From IMG/VR virus record IMGVR_UViG_3300042923_000752, positions 1-33,234 of that record: a stretch of 33,234 bases of DNA; one strand, 5' to 3'. Below the pieces are notes generated by a model that was not told where the DNA came from, did not search any database, and saw nothing but the letters and a program-made list of their open reading frames with translations. Positions 24,201-32,356 of this stretch are shown here, piece after piece. The DNA comes from a virus (taxonomy: Duplodnaviria; Caudoviricetes). A program made the translations under genes and the position numbers. Position 1 is the first letter of the stretch; every line of letters begins with the position of its first letter.

Positions 24201-25653
24201 CAGAGCCTAGGGAGTTTTCCGCCGTCGCCGCCACCCGGATCACCTTATCGTAATTGTCCATAAGGGCGATAAAACGTGAGGCTTGATCACCACGAGCAAC
24301 GGCTTGTGTAATCTCGTGCCGCTCCGCGTCCGATACCTGATACCATTTTTGCGAGATTTTCTCTAGGAGTTCCGAAAATGGCATCATTTCGCCGCTTGCC
24401 TGCTTGATCGTCCCGACATACTTCTCAAGCTTGTCGATCGCAATATCACGAGAAGAAAAAGAAATGAACGACTTGATTGCGTTGCCTGCAACGGATCCTG
24501 TAAAACCAGCCTCGTTCAGGACTGTCAAATACCCAATCAGTTCGTTAATTGGAACACCGGCATTCTTCGCGGCAGCTCCTACGCGGTTAATCCCTTGAAG
24601 GAGCTTATTCGAATCCGTCGCATAGTCGTTAGATACTTGATTCAATCGATCAAGCAATCGTTCAGAGTCTTGAGCCGCAAGCCCGTAGTTGAGAATCGCG
24701 CCGGTAAGTAGCTGCTGGGCTTGCTCCGCATCACGGAACGACGATTCAACGTTTTTCGCCATAAGCGCTGTCTTCGCTAGCGCTGCCGTTTCCCTCTCGT
24801 TAAACCCTTGCTGCGCGATCTGGACATATACTTCTCCAACGTCCCTTAATGCGTATCCGTAGTCCTTTGCATCCTGGATCATGGATGCTTCGACGAACTT
24901 AATGTCTGCACCGGATTCCATAACCCGCTTCAAGTTAATGACTGAATCCTCGAAATCGCTTATGACGCGAATCGCTTCCGTTGCACCCTGAATGGTGTTG
25001 TAGTACAAGGTTCCGGTCGCCATATACTGAAGCGAACGCCCGAGAACCCCCTGTTCGACCTGAGTTACCCGTTTCATTTGCTCCGCATGCTTCTCGGCGG
25101 AATACACCATTAACTGATTGTGGCGTTCCGTTTGCTGCTGCATCCGTTGATGATACGACTGGATAACGGTAAGCTCTCGATCCATTTTGGATTTCGTAAG
25201 GCTCTCCCGATTGGAGGCTGCTGCCGTCTTTTGCTGGAGAGCAGCCATTCGTTCTTGGTGTTCTTTCTCCTGCTGTTCAATCGCTTGCTGCCGCTTCGTT
25301 ACAATTGCTTCCTGCGCTTTAAGCTTTGCATCCAAGGTTTGGTTCGTCGTGTCGAGCATGTTCTTTTTCGCGGTCAACAATTCGGTTTGGGCCTTGCGTT
25401 GTGCGATAAGAGCGTTCGACTCGTCCAGAATCTTTTTTCGGCGCTCATCGGATGTTAAAGCGATCTTATCCATCGCTTTTGCAAGGGCAGCATAGTTCCG
25501 TTCAGCGACCTTCAATTCCGCATTAACTACACGGAATGACTCTGCATTCTTCCTGGCGCCTCCATCAATTACCTTAAAGGCAGGCAATATTTTGCTGGTA
25601 TCGAAATTAATGCGGCCCGCAACAACGTCGCGGTTTAATTCCTCGGCTGCCAT
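21265..25653 (-). CDS. Tail tape measure protein
   Basis: 1462 aa helical; TP901-type core (GAAAKNAGVPINELIGYL...GSVAGNAIKS), hydrophobic middle, HFADGG near C-terminus. Confidence 0.95.
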   Translation of the reverse strand: MAAEELNRDVVAGRINFDTSKILPAFKVIDGGARKNAESFRVVNAELKVAERNYAALAKAMDKIALTSDERRKKILDESNALIAQRKAQTELLTAKKNMLDTTNQTLDAKLKAQEAIVTKRQQAIEQQEKEHQERMAALQQKTAAASNRESLTKSKMDRELTVIQSYHQRMQQQTERHNQLMVYSAEKHAEQMKRVTQVEQGVLGRSLQYMATGTLYYNTIQGATEAIRVISDFEDSVINLKRVMESGADIKFVEASMIQDAKDYGYALRDVGEVYVQIAQQGFNERETAALAKTALMAKNVESSFRDAEQAQQLLTGAILNYGLAAQDSERLLDRLNQVSNDYATDSNKLLQGINRVGAAAKNAGVPINELIGYLTVLNEAGFTGSVAGNAIKSFISFSSRDIAIDKLEKYVGTIKQASGEMMPFSELLEKISQKWYQVSDAERHEITQAVARGDQASRFIALMDNYDKVIRVAATAENSLGSAHRENTLAMTSLSKQTAQLKASWEGLMISIGESGFLAILKAIVHESKLLVDGFNSLPGPIRNTLIVTLSLGAGITALNAGMRLLTGQSLIAMVTGLVAATRSMFGLQVATNAANVAQKAFIATPIGATLTALAAVIGIVTIAWSRHNGTVNEASSAIDANQREVMTLSDRYKELKAIVDDNTKADQDIKTAKTELAGVIEKISALMPNLVSQWDQHGKAIDINIGKLEEWKLKYAESVRIVEKENITSLTKRKAELESEIELKKVAQANISKRDLSIWDSFTGNTIEKSRKKIADEILEMGSELDQVNQKLEVSRDTLDLIEGKKSTPTAIERNRGGRQMSDEELADQYRNRREAFSDRMNEFRHMVNVEADGYQDASAQLRQLQEIRSEFSDLDAADLYGIDEEIYRASKGIKAPAKGIKAPKEDVRKAFSFPLNDIDVQKITAEQLINDSQSLIDMFAAQEFSLSDSIGKTTEKVGLYAQHQEKLHEANNALRFSVDQLTGKQNMLNELYEAGSITAEEYNKASEDVQSRIKSITDSINKNSIAWWNDAKAMKDAKDQQLKDTFDFSDKWIAHQKAIGELSAQQEYDAWIRVQSRYMEGTEHRKRADEQVYAAKKALLQEEEKSLDELVKKQKDLFEEAKKHELQVIQERQDAFISAQDEKIRAVERLLEAEQRANEDKDAADKLAEKQARAKLLESAVGPEGKRERREVLKEIKELQEQQEREQRKRALEAQKKALQDEKAEKEKSFDQEKQTVESHYSSLIGALDSFKNDAEGRAEALKNIQIQKESEKNETILRNLELFVTQYRSKMASISLLSQSQQQIDLQRYNGNIDAWYAADKAGDEGTKARVHAENESLRNKYGISSDTGKLQHFADGGVVRGMKGSPVPIVAHAGEMFLNEGQQAQLFRLLNFRMPQISFAAPSFDMPRQTVQHIENHFSISSGDVNLHDDADIQTYFSERDILIRRMQSTAGVKAR

Positions 25654-25735
25654 TGATCTATATTCACCCCTTTTCGATAGGCAAGATTGGTTTTCTCACC
25701 GCCGGGATTGTATTCGATGGTAGGGCTCGCCCCGA

Positions 25736-26015
25736 TCAGGAACGAGCACGCGGAAAGAAGCCAAGATCCGAAAGGTATCTAGCTTTCTTGGGCTTCTTCT
25801 TGATTTCCCCGCCATGGAGGACGATTTCGAATTCTTCTTTTTTGTTTCGAACCTTCATAAGGGCTCGGATTTTGGGAATGGTCATGTTCGGCCACTCTTC
25901 GTCCGATATGCCACTACTTACACATAAGGCCCACATGCCCAGCCAATCGGTTTTAGGGCCTTCATTTTCGTCGTCTTCTTCATCCAAATCCGGATCCGGA
26001 GGGATCGACTCATTA
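25736..26015 (-). CDS. Tail assembly chaperone C-terminal extension (lambda gpT-like), probably reached by frameshift
   Basis: DWLGMWALC...GISDEEWPNMTIPKIRAL pattern; no convincing RBS; overlaps upstream gene in the +1 frame (ORF track 25736-26062). Confidence 0.7.
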
Positions 26016-26339
26016 AAGAAATCGTTCGAGGAGCTTGTCCAACTCCTTGATCCCATCCTCATCTACTTGCTCGTATTCTTCGTCTGTCAATCCTTCAACA
26101 AGGATCGAACTGAAAACGTCCTGATATTTCCTTTCCATTGCTGGGATATCCACTTCATTTCCTTCAACGACCATTTTGTCTCGACCGATGCAGAATGCGA
26201 ATTTGTACGGAATATCCTTGGTTGCCTGCCGGACTTCGCGAATAAGCTTAATCGTTCCAATTCGAACGTGTTTCGTCAGTCCTTCTGCTAGGTGGACTTC
26301 CGATCCGATATTCATTGACTGATCCATAGATTGATCCAC
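26013..26339 (-). CDS. Tail assembly chaperone (lambda gpG-like)
   Basis: Between major tail and tape measure genes; GTG 26339 behind GAGGAGG. Confidence 0.75.
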   Translation of the reverse strand: MDQSMDQSMNIGSEVHLAEGLTKHVRIGTIKLIREVRQATKDIPYKFAFCIGRDKMVVEGNEVDIPAMERKYQDVFSSILVEGLTDEEYEQVDEDGIKELDKLLERFL

Positions 26340-26360
26340 GATGATTCCTCCTCGAATGGA

Positions 26361-26400
26361 AATGCCCCTTGCCGATACCGACAAAGGGCATTATTTTTTT
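26361..26400. terminator. Hairpin after the major tail gene
   Basis: AATGCCCCTTGCCG...CGACAAAGGGCATT; strong T-run on + strand, weak tail on - strand. Confidence 0.6.
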
Positions 26401-27184
26401 AGATACCGAAAATCAATTCAGCAGCGACGCCGTTCGGGTTGTCGGGTGTAATCCCCGGTTCCATGATTTCGACGCTCATGGTGTTGACTGTCGGCTTTTT
26501 CCGCTCTTGCGAAATGTCCAATGTGCCACCACCAAGCGCTTTGAAAATGGTCAACTGGCATTGCACTTCCTGACCGGATACATCGTCAAGCAGCTTGAAG
26601 CGATGAACGAGCTTGAACGGCTTCGGTCGGCGAGTTCCGGACATGGCCGTCTTGGTCCCGTTGGTTTTGCTCCACTTGAAAATGACGATGACATTTTTGT
26701 TATCATTCGTCGTATCCGACGTGATTTTCCCGTCAGACGTGATCATATATTGGTCTGCCGTCGGACTAGCAGCAACCCGTTCTAATTTGGTAAGTTTGCC
26801 GTTTGCATCCTTCAAGTGCACTTCATCACTACCAGTGACAAAGGTTCCACTGTACGCCGCAGGAGCTTTAACGGTGTATCCGTTGGCTCCGTCCAAAATG
26901 CCCTCTTCGGACTCATCAAACGTAACGGCTCCCTCAACCGTTTCCGCACCTTGAGAGAGTTCGGCAAGAGCTGGCGAGAATCGTGGTACTTCGATACTGA
27001 CCTTATCGGCCAAGTCCTGAGCGGTATAGTGGAAAGCATATCCGGAATCGCCGCCCATGACCTTCTCCCAATCAAGCTGAGCCTGGAACGTGACTTTATT
27101 GATTTTTTCGTCGATGAATTTCAAATTGCCGTTCATGTCGTGCACGAACAATGTGCCAACCCCGTCAAATACCAATGGATTCAT
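26399..27184 (-). CDS. Major tail tube protein
   Basis: 261 aa, beta-rich; position before chaperones; strong RBS AAGGAGG. Confidence 0.8.
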   Translation of the reverse strand: MNPLVFDGVGTLFVHDMNGNLKFIDEKINKVTFQAQLDWEKVMGGDSGYAFHYTAQDLADKVSIEVPRFSPALAELSQGAETVEGAVTFDESEEGILDGANGYTVKAPAAYSGTFVTGSDEVHLKDANGKLTKLERVAASPTADQYMITSDGKITSDTTNDNKNVIVIFKWSKTNGTKTAMSGTRRPKPFKLVHRFKLLDDVSGQEVQCQLTIFKALGGGTLDISQERKKPTVNTMSVEIMEPGITPDNPNGVAAELIFGI

Positions 27185-27212
27185 GCTGCATCCTCCTTCA
27201 AAATAAAAAGAC

Positions 27213-27392
27213 CTAGCCCTTTGATTTGACTAGTTCCCATAATCGTTGATCAATTTCATTGATGCGCTGATACTGGTCCGTTTCGCGATATCGCGGATCG
27301 TCCCGCACTTCGTTCCAGAGCTTCGCTTTCTCTGATGCTAATCGTTCGAACTCAGAGGGCTCTTTCGGTGATTGATCTTTCTTTCGGTTCAT
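27213..27392 (-). CDS. Small hypothetical protein (59 aa)
   Basis: Manual translation MNRKKDQSPKEPSEFERLASEKAKLWNEVRDDPRYRETDQYQRINEIDQRLWELVKSKG; RBS GAGGTG. Confidence 0.65.
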   Translation of the reverse strand: MNRKKDQSPKEPSEFERLASEKAKLWNEVRDDPRYRETDQYQRINEIDQRLWELVKSKG

Positions 27393-27401
27393 GTCATCAC
27401 C

Positions 27402-27836
27402 TCAATTCACCCGAAGATAGTCCACGTCATACATGGTTTCATAGCCCTTCACTCCCGTTATGCCGGTTGCAAAGTCGGATTCATAAGCCAGCGTACAACG
27501 GTACGAATGGAAGCCCGCTGAGACAATGTATCGATCGTGGAACAGTTTGAAGACTCGTTCGGCAATCTGCCGGGCCTGTGCGGCCGTCTTGGCGTAAACA
27601 TCAAGACTAAACTTGCCTTCATACACCAAATGGTTGCGACCGAAGCTTCCCGGCTTCTGGTAGATCATGACTTGAGGGACGTTCCCAGCGGTAAGGGGGT
27701 GTTCCGGCTCCATGCCGCGAACAATCCTTTTCGTGATCTCGTCCGGATCGGAACCGGGTGTCAGGCCGAACTCGCTCATGAAATCGCCGTCTTGCTTCAG
27801 CGTCATATATATTGCGTCAATCAGTTGTCCCTTCAA
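27402..27836 (-). CDS. Tail terminator-like protein
   Basis: Position and FSLDVYAKT...ARQIAERV pattern; TTG 27836 behind GGGGGTG. Confidence 0.7.
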   Translation of the reverse strand: MKGQLIDAIYMTLKQDGDFMSEFGLTPGSDPDEITKRIVRGMEPEHPLTAGNVPQVMIYQKPGSFGRNHLVYEGKFSLDVYAKTAAQARQIAERVFKLFHDRYIVSAGFHSYRCTLAYESDFATGITGVKGYETMYDVDYLRVN

Positions 27837-27840
27837 CCCG

Positions 27841-28425
27841 TCACCCCCGAACGAAATATTTGTGATACGGGAACTCATCGATGATCCGGCTAATTCCTTG
27901 CAAAATGCGGTTTCGATTCGCCTGGAGAGCTTTTCGAAGGAAAAACGTCGGTGGCGTGGGTCCGAATGATCGGTCGATGTCCCCGCGTTCCGCTAATTCT
28001 TCAAGATCCACCCCGGCATACGAACCGCCTGAAGATCGAATCGTCCCATCAATGCCTCGATACTTTCCCTTTATCCGGCCTACAACAACCCGCGATCCCC
28101 GCGAACGTAGTCGGTTCCACGATTCCGAGTTGAAATATCTCGCCAGTCCGGGGTTTTGGTCCGGACCGGCCATCATGGAACCCTTCCCAAATTGCTCCAG
28201 CCATGCCTGCCAGTAATCCGCCGTCACTTCACCCGTGATCATCTGATTGGCAAGGATCGTCATTTGCCTCTCTAAATGGTTTCGTACATCCGGGTAATGA
28301 CGGACATTTGATTTCGCTGTCTCAAGCACAAGCCCCGTCAGGCCGGAAATTTCGACGGCCAGCTTGTTGTGCAAATCGTTCGACGCCCTTACATGGTCAT
28401 AACCCCCAAGCATGTCCGTAATCAT
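27841..28425 (-). CDS. Tail completion / HK97 gp10-like neck protein
   Basis: AWLEQFGKG...PTPPTFFLRKAL pattern; position in neck module. Confidence 0.65.
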   Translation of the reverse strand: MITDMLGGYDHVRASNDLHNKLAVEISGLTGLVLETAKSNVRHYPDVRNHLERQMTILANQMITGEVTADYWQAWLEQFGKGSMMAGPDQNPGLARYFNSESWNRLRSRGSRVVVGRIKGKYRGIDGTIRSSGGSYAGVDLEELAERGDIDRSFGPTPPTFFLRKALQANRNRILQGISRIIDEFPYHKYFVRG

Positions 28426-28997
28426 CGGGTGTCCTCCGATAACTGAACGAACAAAAGGTTCGGATATTTAACCGCATCCACCACGTCAACTTGATAGGGC
28501 AAGCCGTTCAGAACAACTCGATCTGGAGACCGAAGACCGTCTTTTGGACTTTTGACACCAGCGCTTAATTGAAGCTGCATGATGTAAACCGTCGTCGGCA
28601 ATAGTCCGGGCTCGTCCTGGCGAAGTTGGGCCGTTATCAGCTGTACGAATGCGATAACGCTGGATGCGACGGGGGCGAAATTGATATCTGGTAACGGATT
28701 ATCGCTCGCGTCGTACTGTCTCCCGTATCGCTGCACGTCAATAACGGCATTCGTTTTGATAAGGGAACAGTATTTGTCCCTTTCCGTCGTCCGGCGAGTC
28801 GTTTGAACCAAATGCGCATCCGGCCCCACTTCGACCATTGACCCATTCTGGACAGGCGAATCCGGCGCAAATAGTCCGTTGTACAGGTATTCCTTACCGA
28901 TAATGGTCGTCGCTCGGGTATCGCGAGATAATATGACGTGATCTGCTGCGCCGTCAACCAAACAAGAGATATGACGATGAGAAAAATCATAAAACAT
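28422..28997 (-). CDS. Head closure / stopper protein
   Basis: DRVVLNGLPYQVDVVD beta-barrel pattern; position. Confidence 0.6.
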   Translation of the reverse strand: MFYDFSHRHISCLVDGAADHVILSRDTRATTIIGKEYLYNGLFAPDSPVQNGSMVEVGPDAHLVQTTRRTTERDKYCSLIKTNAVIDVQRYGRQYDASDNPLPDINFAPVASSVIAFVQLITAQLRQDEPGLLPTTVYIMQLQLSAGVKSPKDGLRSPDRVVLNGLPYQVDVVDAVKYPNLLFVQLSEDTR

Positions 28998-29009
28998 ACA
29001 ATCCTCCTG

Positions 29010-29582
29010 TCATCTAAATGTCATTAGTACGTATTCGGATAGCAGCCCCGCTACTTCCGGCGTGACCATACTGGCCCCGAAATACTCGATCGTATAGTCG
29101 AAATCTTTCTTCGACTTTACATTTGCGTTCGGATTGCTGGAGAGCTGCGCCATTAGCATCCCGCTTGCCGTTTTCACGTTATCTGGAATCGGGTCCCACC
29201 CACTCGTATACGTAACTTCAAGTTCTACATACGCGGATCCAAACATTGAATACCCACATACAAGAGAGCCGGTTGATGGATCGACATCCAGCGTGCCAAG
29301 ATCGGCAATATCTTCAAACGGTGGAGGGCCGAAGAAACTGCCCATTATCCCGTATTGCGGCCTACCCATTGCCGCCTCGACTTGTACGACGGGGGCATAG
29401 GTCAAATGACCGCGCTGGGTATCGGTCAGCCGAATTCGTTCGGTGTAAGATTTGACCCCGATCGAACGTTTACAGTACCCGTCAATAAGAGCAGACGCCC
29501 GTATGATCATGCTGACGTCAGGCGTCACGCCCGGCGGAAAGAATCCGGCGTCGGCTGCGTCTGTGGTCAAGTATTGACTCAT
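29010..29582 (-). CDS. Head-tail connector/adaptor (HK97 gp6 / SPP1 gp15-like)
   Basis: RASALIDGYCKR...VTYTSGWDPIPDNVKTA...LLSEY. Confidence 0.8.
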   Translation of the reverse strand: MSQYLTTDAADAGFFPPGVTPDVSMIIRASALIDGYCKRSIGVKSYTERIRLTDTQRGHLTYAPVVQVEAAMGRPQYGIMGSFFGPPPFEDIADLGTLDVDPSTGSLVCGYSMFGSAYVELEVTYTSGWDPIPDNVKTASGMLMAQLSSNPNANVKSKKDFDYTIEYFGASMVTPEVAGLLSEYVLMTFR

Positions 29583-29959
29583 TCGACGATACCGGCGTCC
29601 CGCAGCCGATCGGCGAGATCATCCGACACTTCAGCGATGCCGTTTCGGAACGTCACGATCGTTGACGCGTCATAGTGAACGGTGTGATTCCCGGTTCGCT
29701 CGGATTCGGTTCCTTTCAGGCTAACGGGCACCCGAGTCGAAACTTGATGTTGCCCCTCACCACTTTTACCCTCGTCTGTAACTTTCGATTCCCCGTCATT
29801 CGAAGATGTGGGTTTATTTGATTCGCCCGTTTTGGACTCGTCAGCGTCCTTCTGAACGACTTTTTCGCCTTCCGGCGTCTTGTTGCCTTCCTCTGCAATT
29901 GGAGGCGTCTGTACGCCCTCCAGCGTCTCGGGAGCGCACCCTTTAGCCTTTACCTTCAT
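29579..29959 (-). CDS. Hypothetical head-associated protein
   Basis: ATG 29959 behind AAGGAGG; disordered N-terminus, C-terminal VTFRNGIAEVSD. Confidence 0.65.
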   Translation of the reverse strand: MKVKAKGCAPETLEGVQTPPIAEEGNKTPEGEKVVQKDADESKTGESNKPTSSNDGESKVTDEGKSGEGQHQVSTRVPVSLKGTESERTGNHTVHYDASTIVTFRNGIAEVSDDLADRLRDAGIVE

Positions 29960-29981
29960 AGCTCGTTCCTCCTTCACCATG

Positions 29982-30010
29982 AGAAAGAGAGCGACCAGCG
30001 GTCGCCCTCC
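29982..30010 (-). terminator. Terminator after the major capsid gene
   Basis: GAGGGCGACC-GCT-GGTCGCTCTC followed by TTTCT. Confidence 0.6.
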
Positions 30011-30021
30011 TCAAACGGTCA

Positions 30022-31023
30022 TTAGTCGATTGCTTCGATAGTCGGTCGTTCGATCGTGCCGTAAGCATGCGCATAGCTCGGACCTTTCGCCACCGGCGCA
30101 CCGTACTTGATACCGACGAACTGCTTTTGCAAATTGCCTGTCGTGCCGAGCTCGAACAAATACATACCCTTTTCACCGACATAGTGGTACTCCAGCATGG
30201 GCTCGGTCACGATCGCGATCCCGTAGTCGGTATTTTCCGGCGTTGTCGTGTTGACTTCGGCTGGCATGAAAGGTTCCGGGATGATAGGCAGCAAACCAGC
30301 AGCCGTCATCACCGCCAAGACTTCAAGACCGGCAACGGTCGTTTTCTTCAAGTTGCTGATTTGCGTTTGGTTGTTGGCCGCTTGGCGTTCTTCCTCTTCG
30401 AGGTAGTGGTGGCCGATCGGGTTGATATAGATCGCCGTAGGCATCAATACATACCTTTCGCTCGCGACCATTGCCGCAACTTTTGCTCGAATGGCCGAAA
30501 CGATCGAAGCCGACGGACCGACTTTGAAGGTATTTGTGATTTGTTTCGACAACCCGACGTATTGCAGCGTTGTCGGCGCGGCCAGGTTCGTATCCGTACC
30601 TCTCCAGAGCATCCGCGCATGATAAAGGCCGATCCCGTTCAGCATGTCGTCCAGGTCTTTCGCCTGCAATTCCGTAAAATGTGCTTGCTGCTGTCCGAGC
30701 ACGACGTCGTAGTGACCGAAGTTCACTTGATTTGTCATGGCTTTGACCTTCAAGCCGTGCGGTGTACGTGGGTTGCTTGTTGGTGTAGCAGACGGGTTTC
30801 GAGGATCGACGGACGCGCCTCCGTTCACGGTGTTTTGCTCGTAATAGGTCGAAATGTCACCCGTCGCCGGTGTATATTTCATCCGACCGTCGAGAATCGA
30901 GTTTCTTCGGAGGCAGTCCGTGATTTCTTTTTGGAAATCGTCCACAATAAGAGCGCCCGGCCCTTGGAACTGCGTGGCTGCTGCCACATCAATCGAATAC
31001 GCTTGCCCAACACGTCCGTTCAT
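30022..31023 (-). CDS. Major capsid protein
   Basis: About 333 aa after the scaffold gene; HK97-like pattern (LWRG...QYVGLSKQI...PTAIYINP); ATG 31023 behind AAGGAG. Confidence 0.85.
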   Translation of the reverse strand: MNGRVGQAYSIDVAAATQFQGPGALIVDDFQKEITDCLRRNSILDGRMKYTPATGDISTYYEQNTVNGGASVDPRNPSATPTSNPRTPHGLKVKAMTNQVNFGHYDVVLGQQQAHFTELQAKDLDDMLNGIGLYHARMLWRGTDTNLAAPTTLQYVGLSKQITNTFKVGPSASIVSAIRAKVAAMVASERYVLMPTAIYINPIGHHYLEEEERQAANNQTQISNLKKTTVAGLEVLAVMTAAGLLPIIPEPFMPAEVNTTTPENTDYGIAIVTEPMLEYHYVGEKGMYLFELGTTGNLQKQFVGIKYGAPVAKGPSYAHAYGTIERPTIEAID

Positions 31024-31024
31024 C

Positions 31025-32050
31025 TTATACACTCTCCTTTGCGCCAAGCTCTGCCCTGGCTTGCATTTTCAAACGAAGCGATTCGGTCGGCGAGAGGTTC
31101 AGCCGGTCAACAGAAGCGCAAAACGACCGGATGTCGTTTGCTTCCTCGGCATTCCCGCCGAACTTGGAAAGCAGTTGGGATGCGGAAACGGTTTTCCGAG
31201 TCGGCTCCTCGCTCTTCCCGGCTTTCAATGCGGCCAACTCCCGTTCCGCGTTGTCGGCTCTTTCTTTCGCAGCTTTAAGAACAGCAGATTCCTTGTCTTC
31301 CTCGCTTTTCTTTTCTGCGCTAGCGTTTGCTGCTTTAACGGTATCCAGTTCCGTTTTGATGGTACCGACATCCGTCACTACGCTTTGAACGCTCGCCGTC
31401 AGAGTGGTCATCCCTTCTGTAATGGCTTTAAGCGCGTCCTGCATGGCTTTCAATTCTTCTGGTTTCATATCAGGTTCGTCCTCCTTATTTTTAGCTGCAA
31501 TGCTGGTTGTTTTATAAGCAGCACTATCCGCGAACAAGATCGCCGCGCCGGTACCGCAAAATTCAAGAACGTCCAGGACGTCCGGCACATCTTCCGCATC
31601 CTGCACCGCCGCCTCCATCTCCAGCGATGCGCCGAATTGGAATTCCGTCCAGCCGTATTCGCTGGCAAGGCCGTTATAATAACGGATCGTCGCAACGACA
31701 TCGGGAAAGTCCTTGCCGTAAATGTAGCCCTCGACCCACGCCATGTTGTCCAGCGCTCGGTACGCTTTTTCGATGACCGCAACTTTGAAACGCGGATCAT
31801 GGTCGGCCATCCCATTCGCATAGTCAATATTGAGTGCCATCCCGACAAAGGTTTGCAGGTACTTGTCACATACGCCGGAGGAAATGCGGATCTTTTTGCC
31901 TCCGGCCCCGTGCGGAGATCCATCCGAAGGCGTACCAATTGCGAACAAAGCACATTTAAACGGGACTTTGTTCGGATGGCCGCTCTCCTCAGACATTTGG
32001 AAATGCTGGACGCGAATGGACGTATTGCTCATTTTCAACGTTGCAAGCAT
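31025..32050 (-). CDS. Prohead protease / scaffold fusion
   Basis: N-terminal protease-like fold (DHDPR...VEGYIYGKDFPD...GASLEM...TGAAIL...AY) plus coiled-coil C-terminus; directly before capsid gene. Confidence 0.75.
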   Translation of the reverse strand: MLATLKMSNTSIRVQHFQMSEESGHPNKVPFKCALFAIGTPSDGSPHGAGGKKIRISSGVCDKYLQTFVGMALNIDYANGMADHDPRFKVAVIEKAYRALDNMAWVEGYIYGKDFPDVVATIRYYNGLASEYGWTEFQFGASLEMEAAVQDAEDVPDVLDVLEFCGTGAAILFADSAAYKTTSIAAKNKEDEPDMKPEELKAMQDALKAITEGMTTLTASVQSVVTDVGTIKTELDTVKAANASAEKKSEEDKESAVLKAAKERADNAERELAALKAGKSEEPTRKTVSASQLLSKFGGNAEEANDIRSFCASVDRLNLSPTESLRLKMQARAELGAKESV

Positions 32051-32087
32051 GGTTGATGTTCACCCCCTGGAGCTTCATCGCGCTCCG

Positions 32088-32303
32088 TCATACCCTTTCA
32101 GGCCAGTTCCATTGACCGCCGCTGGAACCTTGCTTCACATTCAAGTTGAAGAATTGTTCCGTCGGATTAAACACGCACAAATGGACTGTTGTGTCGTCAA
32201 CTACGCCCGTGATAACCGCGGCTCGGGGTTCGCTTTTATATTCGCCGCCCGGCGTACCGTAACTGAAATAATGAACCATACGCCCTACTGATGGTTTCTG
32301 CAA
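32088..32303 (-). CDS. Small phage protein (PSVGRxVHY motif)
   Basis: QKPSVGRMVHY...PRAAVIT...LCVFNPT...WNWPERV; TTG 32303 behind AAAGGGGGTG. Confidence 0.75.
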   Translation of the reverse strand: MQKPSVGRMVHYFSYGTPGGEYKSEPRAAVITGVVDDTTVHLCVFNPTEQFFNLNVKQGSSGGQWNWPERV

Positions 32304-32326
32304 ACTTTTCACCCCCTTTCGAGGCA

Positions 32327-32356
32327 AAATAAAAACACCGTCTATTCGGCGGTGTC
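32327..32356 (-). terminator. Terminator after the portal gene
   Basis: GACACCGCC-GAATA-GACGGTGTT followed by TTTATTT. Confidence 0.65.

Noticed and set aside
25653-26291. 212-aa + strand ORF and other + strand ORFs across the late region
   Set aside because: Antisense to well-supported tail genes, with no RBS or plausible composition.
30067-32056. Two ~400-aa + strand ORFs (30067-31278 and 30854-32056)
   Set aside because: Antisense shadows of the capsid and scaffold genes; no RBS or recognisable motif; explained by codon bias of highly expressed genes.
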